Below the pieces are notes generated by a model. It had not been told where the DNA came from and made no database searches. It saw only the letters and a program-made list of their open reading frames with translations. This document shows, piece after piece, positions 53,000-64,000 of a DNA stretch of 64,000 nucleotides (position 1 is its first letter; each line of letters begins with the position of its first letter). The stretch is from NCBI RefSeq assembly GCF_000181795.1, contig NW_003526941.1:6757051-6821050 (forward strand). The letters run 5' to 3'. Made by a program: the position numbers and the translations under genes. Source of the DNA: Trichinella spiralis. Its lineage: Eukaryota.

Positions 53000-55147
53000 T
53001 TAACGACTAAATATGCCTTGGTGAAACTTGAATTTCGGTCTTGGTTCTTTGTACCAGCGGCTGGTCAGTATGCGAATGTAGGTGCGACGAAAGGCGCGGT
53101 TGCAAAGGGCATAGCAGAGTGGGTTGATTGTGCTGTTCAAATAGCACAAATAATAGCTCAATTTGAAAAAGTAAGACGGCACGGTCTGAGGAAAAAACGC
53201 TTCGATCAGTACAATTACATTGTAGGGGGTCCAGGTGACGATAAATGCCAGCAAAATTACACTGAGCATTTTCGCAGCTTTCGACTCACTGCGACGCAGT
53301 TTGGCCGCGAACCGAATATTCTGGTTCAGCTTCATCAGCTTGGACCGAATATTAGCGCCTGTGCTTCCGCCAATGGTCATTGTCAAAAAAGATGGAATCA
53401 TGTGACTCAACGTTGGTCGGCTAGGACTGGCCGGATAGCCGGTACTTCCCACCCCGTCAGTCAAGCTGCTCTTCTGTTCGGTTTTAATGCTAAATGTGGA
53501 CGACCGATGCTGTTTGGGCAAAATTATCCGCTGCTGTTCATGCTCCAGTTGTTCTAATTGTTCTTGGTCCAAATGTTGCTGGTGTTGTTCGTCCAGTTGT
53601 TGGTGCTTTGACAACGTTTCGTCGACAATTCCAATATCCGCATCCACTTCTGCACTTTCACCGACAATTTCCTCCACTTCGTCGCAACTCTGCTCGTCGT
53701 CGACATCGTTATCTTCGCTTCGCTTTTCCAATTCAGCCATTATTTCGAGCACGTCAGATTTACCGAACGAAAATCCATCTTCACTTTCGCAAGAAGACAT
53801 GCCGCTGGATGAGATGTTGGCAAAACTCGGATATGCCAATTGACAATGTTCCCCTTCTGAGAACACTTTGCCCAGTACAGGTTGGTGAAGTGGTGGTGGA
53901 TTGAATGATCGTCGTTCATTTTCAACATAACTGCTCGACATTTTCAACAGTCGACGATTTTCCGGATGACTGTATCGTCGAGTACTGTTCTTTGACAATT
54001 GACACTCCCTTTTGGATTGTTTCAAAAAATACCGTATCCGTTTCCCAAGGCGTGGTGACGAAGGGGCGGCAGACTTGGGAACAGATTGGTCACAGTAATG
54101 CGCGTTTTGTGATGTCTGTTGGTGCTGCTGGTGCTGCGGTTCACAAATTCCACTGGTTTGTATGATTACAGACGGCGGTAGTTGAACGGGCGCTGTCGTC
54201 GGATGTTCAAGTGACGACTGCAGTTGAAGGTGACAATGGTGACGGTGATGATTGTGATTACTGTGATGAGACGGAGGATTACGGTGGTGACTGTGGAACT
54301 GCAGTTGCGCGGTCGCCCTGTTTCCACGTATGAAGCACATGCTTTTCTTGTGAAAACCTTGCAATTTTTTGATTTCCTCACTTCGCCGTTTGGTCACGTT
54401 GTACACTTGGGCGTAGAGAATGACCATGATTGTCACAGGCACGTAGAACGCGGCGCAGGCGGTGCCTAATGTCACGTACGGATTGGTGATCAAGAATTGG
54501 ACTATGCAAGTGCCGGCGGGGATGAATTTCCCTTCAATATACGGCCAGGCGATAATCCAAGGCGGCCAAATGAGCAGTGAAATGATGAAAGTGCTGGTGA
54601 TCATGACGATCGCTTTGACTCTCGTACGCCGCGGCCGGTAAGTCAGCGGTCTAGTCACAGACAGATAACGGTCAAAGCTGATCAACAGCAAATTCAACAC
54701 CGACGTGTTGGAAACGAGATAATCGATGTTCAACCACAACTGGCACACTTCATAGCCAAGCGGCCAGCTTCCCGATGCCGTGTACACTGTCATCAGTGGT
54801 ATTGAAACGCAGCCGACGACCAGATCAGCTACCGCTAAAGATAATAAAAAGTAGTTGTTTATTGTTTGCAACTGCTTGTCCATTTTGAATGACATGATGA
54901 CCAACACATTGCCACCAGTGGTCACCAAACTCAATACGAAACCGACAATAACAATGGCCAGAAAAGCAGCCAAACCGTGCGGTGGTGATTCGAGCAAAGT
55001 CGAAAATGCAAGCTGCGTACTGTTTCCAACCACAGCCTCGACTGGAACCGCTTCACCACCGTCAACAACGCTGGTGACGTTCAAATTATCATCCCCATCA
55101 CTCAGCTTTTCCAATTCATCCAATACACTAATCAAAAAACGCAACAT
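53000..55147 (-). CDS. gar-3: Muscarinic acetylcholine receptor (GAR-3-like class A GPCR), single coding exon
   Basis: 715-aa ORF with 7 TMs: GNVLVIMSFKMDKQLQTINNYFLLSLAVAD, WLNIDYLVSNTSVLNLLLISFDRY (TM3 Asp), TRPLTYRPRRT, long ICL3, ESKAAKMLSVILLAFIVTWTPYN, CYLNSTINPLCY. The exact gar paralogue assignment is from memory. Confidence 0.9.
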   Translation of the reverse strand: MLRFLISVLDELEKLSDGDDNLNVTSVVDGGEAVPVEAVVGNSTQLAFSTLLESPPHGLAAFLAIVIVGFVLSLVTTGGNVLVIMSFKMDKQLQTINNYFLLSLAVADLVVGCVSIPLMTVYTASGSWPLGYEVCQLWLNIDYLVSNTSVLNLLLISFDRYLSVTRPLTYRPRRTRVKAIVMITSTFIISLLIWPPWIIAWPYIEGKFIPAGTCIVQFLITNPYVTLGTACAAFYVPVTIMVILYAQVYNVTKRRSEEIKKLQGFHKKSMCFIRGNRATAQLQFHSHHRNPPSHHSNHNHHRHHCHLQLQSSLEHPTTAPVQLPPSVIIQTSGICEPQHQQHQQTSQNAHYCDQSVPKSAAPSSPRLGKRIRYFLKQSKRECQLSKNSTRRYSHPENRRLLKMSSSYVENERRSFNPPPLHQPVLGKVFSEGEHCQLAYPSFANISSSGMSSCESEDGFSFGKSDVLEIMAELEKRSEDNDVDDEQSCDEVEEIVGESAEVDADIGIVDETLSKHQQLDEQHQQHLDQEQLEQLEHEQQRIILPKQHRSSTFSIKTEQKSSLTDGVGSTGYPASPSRPTLSHMIPSFLTMTIGGSTGANIRSKLMKLNQNIRFAAKLRRSESKAAKMLSVILLAFIVTWTPYNVIVLIEAFFPQTVPSYFFKLSYYLCYLNSTINPLCYALCNRAFRRTYIRILTSRWYKEPRPKFKFHQGIFSR

Positions 55148-56883
55148 CTCTCCTGAACTACAACAGTTTGAACACTACTCACGGCTGCACGGAATTGTCA
55201 GTTTTTCAAAATGTACAACTTACTCGTCTGTCATTTGAAAATTAAAATTCAACCAAGAATAACAGCAGAAAAAACGATCCAACATTCAAAACAACAACCA
55301 GCCATTGAACATTGAACCAAACTTTACAAAAGCTGAAATTTCTGTAAAATAAAATGCGATTTTATTTTTATACTTTCATATTGGAAAAAAAATTACAGTA
55401 TGAAAATGGCCATTATGAAGATCAACGTAATTACAAATTGAAATTTGAAAAATCACAATCACGTGCCCGTTCATATGACATTTTATTCGAATGGAAAATG
55501 TGGAAATTTTCTGAAAAAGTCGAATTAATTCGGTCTTGTTTGTCTCAGAATTTGAATCGACTTTGTAAATAAATAAAAATCGCATCAATTCAGACGAGAC
55601 CTTCAATGAACCTGCATTTCTGTAGAAAAACAAAACAAAATTCGAAACAATTTCAGCCAATGTTAATTTAAAAAATATTGAAAAAAAAATAAATTTCACG
55701 CTGAAAGTTTGAAATATTTTCACCATGCACTGATCAGTATAACTCGGATATTTGAAAAATAAAAAAAAACCACACCCTCATTAGCAGCAAATGTTAAATC
55801 CGACCGAACAGTGTCAACGTAGTGAACAAAGTATAATAATAAGTATTATTATTACTGGAGTATATTTAAACCGTTTGTTACAACAGTGATCGAAAATAAA
55901 TCAAAAATAAATAATAAAATATTACAATTCACCGACAACACAGCCGACTGACCATAGTATTAGGTGGTAAACAAGAATCGCCAAAAAACTAGTGGTTCGT
56001 ACTGATGATAGCGATCATCATCGGAGTAAAAAATGCAAAGCACAATTAGAATAAAATCAGCCAGCGGTAAGTGGAGAATCGGTAGAGGATATTGAAGGAA
56101 GACCAGATGAGCCACATGTTACCACATGTGAACAGTGAACGTGTTTCGGCGAGAAAAATGACGTATGCTTGAGGGAAAAATTCCAAATCGCATTGAACGT
56201 CAAAATAATCGTTCCTGATAAGCAGCTAATCGAGCAGAATCTCAACAAGCATGTCACACAGATCCCAACTGACGTCGGTGCATTTAATTGCTACATTTAT
56301 GCATGAACCTTCGAAACCAACCAACTAGTTACTTTGTGTATAAATTATTTTGGTCAGTTCACACTTTGGTCACTTTCGACATATTTGTTTCATGTCACGC
56401 GGTTGTTGAGTTGAACGATTGAAATGGAATTTATGTGTTTTTTGAACAACGTAAAAATTGTAATAATTAATTCAAATACTTGTCGAAAGAAAACAAATCA
56501 TTCCACAGTCGGTGGTTGGTACGTTCACTTCGTCTGTAGAAAAAGCGAATTTTTTGAAATGACACTTGTTTCCTGTAAAGTCATTCAAATTCATAATAAA
56601 AAATAATTTTAAAGAAATTATATAAAATAGAATAATTTATTATATTTTAAAATTTGTGGATGAAATTTCTATATTTTTGATGAGCATGTTCAATTAGCAG
56701 AGTACTGTTATTTTAAAGTCTGAGGGTGAATTGTTTAAAGTTGTTGCACTGTGCGACGCAAACGATATTTTAGTCATTCTCTCTTGGTCGTTTGAACAAG
56801 ACGGTGAGTGCGAGCTTAGCTCTCTCTCTCTCTCTCCCTTTCTCATTGCTTGTTGAAGATAATGTTGAATTTGTTTTTCAGCA

Positions 56884-57240
56884 ATGGCTCCTTTGCTTGA
56901 ACCTGTTGTGAACAGCGCTCACTTTGGAATGGTGGCCGTATTCATCGGCATTTTGGCGTTGGTGGTTACGGTACTGTTGATCATGTTATGCGGAGGAAAG
57001 AAGGAAGAGAAGCAGGAACCACTTCCACCGGAACCTGCTCCAACTGCCGAAGAGAAGAAGCCGGCCGAAAATCCACCGAATGCTACACCCGAACAGACCG
57101 GTGCCCAGGCTGGTTCGTTGAAGCTGATGACCGAAGGGAACGTGGCTAGTGGTCCGGCTGTGACAACACCGGTTGCGCCGACTACAATGGGTTCCGAAAG
57201 AGCTGCCAGCTTGAAGCTGATGACAGCAGCTCAGCGATAG
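56884..57240 (+). CDS. Small single-pass membrane protein with juxtamembrane CGGKK and a Pro/Ala-rich tail
   Basis: GC-rich 118-aa ORF in AT-rich context. TM helix MVAVFIGILALVVTVLLIML; ttttttcag acceptor directly before the ATG; aataaa at about 57449. Confidence 0.78.
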   Translation: MAPLLEPVVNSAHFGMVAVFIGILALVVTVLLIMLCGGKKEEKQEPLPPEPAPTAEEKKPAENPPNATPEQTGAQAGSLKLMTEGNVASGPAVTTPVAPTTMGSERAASLKLMTAAQR

Positions 57241-60200
57241 ACGGACCCGCCAACTTCGCCCACAATTAATTCCTTACTGATCACTTATTTCATTAAATTT
57301 CACATTTATCACTATTACTTTTCATATCAGCCAGTTATTGTTAGTATGAACAGTTTATTTTAAAAATGATGATGATGAAGATTTATTTATTCAATTGATA
57401 TCTTTTTCAAATATACACTAGTATATATTTATTATTACACTGTGGGTGAATAAAAGTATTAACTAAGTTGTTTTTTGAGTTTGTGTTTTTTCTTGCACTG
57501 GATTGAAAAGAATGTTTTCAGTGACATCTGAAGCTGAGTTGAAAACAAGAAGCTAATGGCAATTTCACACTTATACTATTGAACGATGAAAAAAAAGTTT
57601 ATTGAAACAAACAACGACACAATTAATTATTACAAATGTTTCGACCTAACAGTGACTGTACATGATTAGACGATAAAAAGTTGGATATTCTCGATGAATG
57701 AAAACTTCCATTGATAAATTTCAACACTGCGCACTGTTTCAATTGTTAATTGTTAATTTTAATCCCAAATTGCCCAAACAAAACACAAAGTCGTACTGTA
57801 ATTCAAAAAAATTAAGTTTAGTTTTTGAAATTCGTCACATTGAATTAATTGGACTTGTGAATAATTTCAAACATGACGTCAACTAATTAACAATGATATT
57901 TTAATTGTTCGAAAAATTTTATTTTACAACTCACAACATGGTAATTTCATAATGAATGCAACGTCATCAGTTTAGGAGGGGAATTTTTATTCATTTATTT
58001 ATTTATTTATTTGAAATTAACATTACTCCAGAACAGCCCATTTGATAATTGAGCATGGCAATTTGCTTCTATCAAAAAGAATTTCTAAAACTGACCACCA
58101 GATGATAACATCCATTAACATTTCGCATGCATTAAGCAGCTGAATCGGTAAACCGATTGGTTACCTTCTGCTCCGATTGAATAATAAAAACAAACATCAA
58201 GCCAAGTTTTATCGAAAGAAAAATAATTATTTCTAAAGCATTTTTCAATACGTCTACTCAAATAGGTCAAGTTGGAAAAAAAAGCTACTTTTTAAAATGA
58301 AAAAAACAGAAACTACTAACAGTATATAATTTGAATTTTGCCGCGTCTGTTGTTGGGTCACCGAATAAATATTGAGCGTATAATAATGGGAAATTTTTTG
58401 AGAAAAAATTGTTTTCATCATAAAATGTTTCAATAGAGAATAAAGAAGAAGAAGAAGAAATGAAAAACACATTTAAACCATTTGACAAAATTGACCTGCA
58501 TACGTGAAAACATTTCTCTTTTTTTTTCACTCTGCATTCATTTATTTATTCAAGCTGATTAACAATATTCAACGCCTGTTTACCAGAATGTTTCGAATAT
58601 TGTCACGTGGAGAGGAAGAAAGTTGAATAAATGATAAAAGTGAAATTAAAAAAAAATTCATCACCAAATTATATAAAAAGCAATTAATTTTTCTGCTGTC
58701 AAAAATTGTTCACTGACAAAAGTAAAAAAGACCAATTGCCACGTGGCTAGAACTTTTTTCACCACTAATGGATGAATGCATTGGCCAAATATTTAATCTA
58801 AATAATGAAAAATTTTTCTTCACGCTTGAAAAAATCTCATCCATTCGACATTTTGAATCGTAGAGATTGAAAAACAAAACAAAACAAAAAACATGAATAT
58901 CAACATGATCCAATAAATTACAGTAACACAACACTATTGTAAATTATATATGACAAAATTTCCGGTCATTTGTGTATATTTATTGAAAGTGAAATTATAA
59001 ATTCTTTTTTTTTTTTGAAAAGTAAAACTTGGAATAGATAATCTTAAAATGTAAAAGTGGAAGAACGGCAGTGTTGAATAGGAAAAGCTGATTTGCGAAT
59101 CAATCGGTAATAGTCGAAATGAATGATCATATAAAAATTGACCGCCAGGCTCAGAAGAATTGCTTCACACCACTGGGACTACAAACAGCCATTATTCTTA
59201 CAAAAACCAAACCCATTACCGTATATTCAGAGTTTATATAAGATAAAAAATAATAATAAAATGGACATTTAATCACATACTGATAATGTTCGAATAATAA
59301 TAATAATAATGTTGAATGTAAAATTAGTGAAAAAAAAGAGTAAAATGACATTTTTAAATTGAAACCGTTTAAATATTACGAATAATGAAGAATGATTATT
59401 AGAAAAATGATAAAGTTGATCACAGTCAGTTATCAAAAAACTATATTCAATAGCTGAGAGAAAAGAAGAGAAAAAGGATCATTTTATCATTGAAATTAAA
59501 AATGGAACAAATTTTTTAATGTTTTCATGTTCACTTACATGTACTTACAAATATTAATATAGATGAAAGATGCGAAGAAGAATGATGATTGTTTTTTCTT
59601 TCATTCCAATTTTTAAATGTAAAAAAGATGGATTTAAAATGTATTCTCTTCTTCGAACGAAAAGTGTAGTGGAAAAATGGGTATTTTGTTAAAATTTGAA
59701 ATGAAGCGCAAATAAAAGTCGACTGACCACGCCTGACCGGAGGCAGTTGGTTGGTGGTTGAATGGAATAATTGTGGCAAAAGCGAAATGATGCCGTCGAT
59801 CGACCGTAAGCCAAACCAAAAATGGACAAGACAAAGATTCGCTTTTCAATCTTCACAGCACATCGTGTCATGGCTGATGAATCCCACTCATCACGCTAAT
59901 GGACGCTGTACGCTTACTTATCTGACGACCTACTTCAAAAAGTCTGCTTTTCAAATAGCATTGATCTTCGCATCTACATATCTATATATAAATATATACT
60001 TTTCCTTCTCTTTCGACGACGATGACAATTGGCCAACGACATTTGGCCAGTAATAAAACTCCATCCACCATTTTTCAAATGACAACAACAACAACAAATA
60101 AACAATAATTCATTTTTTCAAATTAAAACTTAAAGAAATTTTATTCAACCAAAAATAAAATAAAATGAAGAAAAAGAATATATACATTCATCATACTTTT

Positions 60201-62082
60201 TCTATATTTGTTCATATACTAGAGAACAGTTCACTGATGCATCTTCTAGAATGAACAACGATCGCCCCGTCAACCGTCAAATTAGAGAGCAACTAACGAA
60301 AATGTATCACAATTTGATATCAAAAATTTGCCTAAATAATCAATCGATTCTATTTCTACTGTTCAAACTCGTCCTCTTCCTTTACTGGTCGTCTTTAATA
60401 TAAAAGCAAACATATGAATAATAATAATAATAATGTTATATTCGTTTGTTGACATAACATTTGCATCAACGCCTCCTCGAACACCAAAATCACCGATTGA
60501 TTCAAAATTTGAATAATGAACGCATTGATTTATAAATGAATTCCATTTTCCATTTCTTTCTTGTCAATTAATTGGGTTAATAAAAAGACAACAACAATAT
60601 TCAACTAATTAATTGGACAAGCTTGAATTTTCAAAAACTGTAAAATTCAAAAAAAAAAGAAATATTGTAAAATCTTAAAAAAAACCATTTTTTAATAATA
60701 AGTAAGTATTAATTTTTTTAACTAGAACACAATAAAACAATGTGTAAAAAATTTACATGAATTAACAACCCAATGATTAATTTAGCTGATTTCATTTCAT
60801 TTTGAAATCAAAAAATAAATGTCTCGTCAAAAATGAAAATAATAGTCATTAAGGACAGTTAACGCGCGTTTTGCAGTAAATAAACAAATACACTTTCACT
60901 TTCACTGTGGTTGTGTTGTGGAGAACATTGGAAAATTAAACCAAATTGATTGTCCATTGAAAACAATGGATAAAAACAATAATTAAAATGATAATTTGTG
61001 TGGAATAAATTATTATTAAAAAAAAATTTGCCTGAAGAACCACTGCAAAGAGAATTAGATGAACAAACAGCTCGAAACCATCAATATTTATTGGTAGATT
61101 TGAAGAGATATAAAAAAAGAAGGCAAGATGCAGCAGCGAGCGATTCAGATTTTGCTTAAATTTGCCGTAGGCTCGAATATGAAACAAAAGAGAAAAAGCA
61201 CTATCACAACAACCTTGCAGCCATCTTTTCTCTCTGATTGACAAACCGCCGAGCGTGAAATCAAGACGACGCCGATAATTGAAAGTGATGTTGGAACGTT
61301 TAAAAAATATTATCCAAGTCAATTGCCCCCATCAAATTTCACGCCTCATTAAAATTCTAATCTTTGAACAAATTAAAAAAATTAACCATCAAGACAAATG
61401 TCTCTTTTTAGATGACAAAAATTCTGGCTGATTGACAATTTACAAAATTTTTTAAATTAATTCCAATAAATGCATTTTGTACTTTTTTTTCTGCTTCTTC
61501 TTCCTCTTCAAACAGAATTCACATAATTTAAAACCATTACCAACAATAACAACAAACACGTACTTGCTTTTATTGAATGCTTTTATCGCCTAATCGACCA
61601 TATTATGGCGGCTTGTCTTGGAAGCGTATTTTCAAAGTAAACAACAACAACAAACAGTCGTCGCAACCAAACTGCTTGTGTTTCATCATCTCAAACACTG
61701 CTGCTGCAGCTACTGGACAGTATTTCCAAAAATTATCATGAAAATACCGTCAAAAATTTAATTACATCATTGAAAATAATTCCTTTATTTGTACCGTCAA
61801 ATACTTTATTGACCCACACAAATTTAGTTATCAAATATATGTATATATTTACTAGTCTAATGGCGTTAATTAAACCAGAAAGCACACTGTTCGCTAACTC
61901 ACACAACAATTTTTTAATGACTTCGGCGGTATCCCATTTTCGATTGAAGAATTGAATTTTGAACGTACCTTAAATGTAGACATTTTTTTTATTACATATA
62001 TAAAATTATTCGTATTTACATACAAAGCAATTAATGTATTTTTAGAAAAAAAAGAACTTACATTAGAATAAGGAATATTAAA

Positions 62083-64000
62083 TTATGCTTTCGAAATAGA
62101 GAGCATGTTCGCGTATAGATTTCTTTGACGTTGCCGTTCGTTTTGCAACTGTTTCTTACAAAATGCAATATTCGCCAATGCAGCCGCATTTTTAGGCTCC
62201 AAAGAGATTACTTTTTCAAAATCTGCCATTGCATCTTCATAATCGCGCCGATTCTGATGTGCCTATATACATTTCAAAATTTCCATGAAAATGTATAATA
62301 TAAACGAATCTTCTGATATCACCTGTCCACGTCGGTATAGTGCTTTAACATTGGACGGGTCATGCGTCAAAACTTTATTGCAAGAGTGTAATGCCTGCAA
62401 ATTGTCGTCTTCTTTCAAGTATGCAAGTGCCAGGTTCAGGAAAACAGCCTTGATCAAATTCATACGTTTCTCTTTCAAGGCGTCTTCTTCGACTGCGGTA
62501 TTTTGTTCAAGCATATTTTTAACCAAATTGTACTTGTGAATTGCCATTTTCACTTTTCCATCCTTCAGAAACAAAACAAAACATAACATAAATTAATCAT
62601 TTATAAACGCGTACAAGTTTTCGCGCATTTGTTACTGAAAATAAATGCAAAATACCTTTAAAAATGCTGAACCTTTTTCTTTAAGATTTTCCGCATGCTC
62701 CAACATTTCAGCATCACTCATTGACCAAGCTTCTTTAACAGTAGTAAACGAGTTCAACGTTATCATAAATTCCACATCGGCATTGGGCGGAATGTTAAAC
62801 GCTGGCATTCCTGATGCACCATATCCCCAATTTTCCTTCAATGTAACCATGCTTTTTTCGCCTTTGGAAAAATGTCGCAACGCTTCATCAACACCACTCG
62901 GCAAATCCTGATCTTCACATTCACCAAGAGTATAAGAAATGTCCTTCTCCAAAAACAATTGGCCTTTATAAATGCCAACAATATGAATATCAACAACACT
63001 CTCATCTTTCGGCATGCCACGTTTTTCGCCGGCCACTTGAACACTTCGTAAAATAGTTTTATCCCTCGAAGGACTGATATCTTCGCCTTCCCATCGCAGC
63101 AGTTCAATCTGTTAATAAATCAAAATAAATAATTTAAAAAATTTAAAATTACGTTTACTGTAATAAACACGAACCTGAAGATCAGAACACAAAAATTACA
63201 AAACTAAATCATTCAATATCTTTTCGAAACTAACACTGCACTGACGTTAGAAGCCTTAAATTACTATCACGTAGAAATTCTCAATAAAAATTACACTTAT
63301 GACAACGACAGTCTATCTCATATGCCAGTAATTAAATTGCACAACTATATTAAGTTCGTTGGGTTATTACCAACAAATGTAAATTTTACCTTCTAAACTA
63401 ATCTACCTATAGCATAATATCAAAAAAGAAGAACATTCTTAACTGTGAATAATTTTTCAAGCTCATTTTCATTAAAATCGTTATTTTAAAAATAAAACTG
63501 ACAAATCAGAAAATAATATAATCAACCTCAAAAATAAGTGTCGCATTCTCTGGAATTTTCGGTGGTGCCCCAGCTTCGCCATAAGCGTACTTAGGACTGC
63601 ATGTTATTTTGCAAATTTCGCCTTGTTTCATTGTAGGTACAGCTATATCCCAAGCTTTGATAACTTGCTCTGAAAGAGAAATCATTTTCATGTAATCAAT
63701 ATGCTTCAATATTCTATTCAATATTAAATTTACTACAACTCTAATTAACAATCACATTCCAATCTCACCTCGTCCTACATTGAACGAAAATTCTTTCCCA
63801 CGATCACGGCTTGAGTCAAACTTTGTACCATCGGTAAGAGTACCAACATAGTGAACGAAAACCATATTTCCTTTCGAAGGATGAAATGATCCAACTCCAT
63901 GTTTGATTATTTCTTTCATTACGCCTCCATCGTGATCTGGAGTAAGATCTTCAGCAGAAGAGTCATTTTTCATTTCGGTACTGTTTGCTGATTCTGACAT
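62083..64000 (-). CDS. fkb-6: FKBP4/FKBP5-type TPR immunophilin (2 FKBP domains + TPRs)
   Basis: [68 protein letters not shown]; second FKBP domain; [23 protein letters not shown]; exons about 64000-63769, 63670-63527, 63109-62656, 62562-62323, 62272-62083. Confidence 0.93.

Noticed and set aside
53018..55238. Antisense ORFs over the GPCR (also over the BICRA-like, F-box and RBM39 genes)
   Set aside because: Shadow ORFs of GC-richer coding sequence.

Overview
AT-rich, intron-rich animal genomic DNA, most likely a clade I nematode such as Trichinella (inferred from short GT-AG introns with TTTCAG-type acceptors, gene content and microsatellite style). It is a draft assembly with four 10-N gaps (32395, 47426, 48755, 49754) and a low-quality stretch near 43.0-43.7 kb. 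Conserved genes: a CRACR2A/RASEF-type EF-hand large Rab (+), RBM39 (-), an FBXO30/40-like F-box gene (-), a BICRA/GLTSCR1-like gene (-), unc-76/FEZ (+), an intronless gar-3-like muscarinic receptor (-), a small single-pass membrane protein (+) and FKBP4/fkb-6 (-). Two things stand out. (1) A type I membrane protein (signal peptide, divergent C-type-lectin-like domain, WSEWS motif, 4 EGF repeats, TM) occurs in two copies that are nearly identical except for one hypervariable, almost purely non-synonymous patch. (2) A repeat island (about 32.4-51 kb) holds a 10.6-kb palindrome centred on a structured core of GCCTGAGGC and ATGCAAAT hairpin repeats, flanked on both sides by inward-facing arrays of perfect 5' splice-site (U1-complementary) motifs. 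Bases 1-785 are the tail of a recent duplicate of 12380-13164 that truncates an RBM39 copy.
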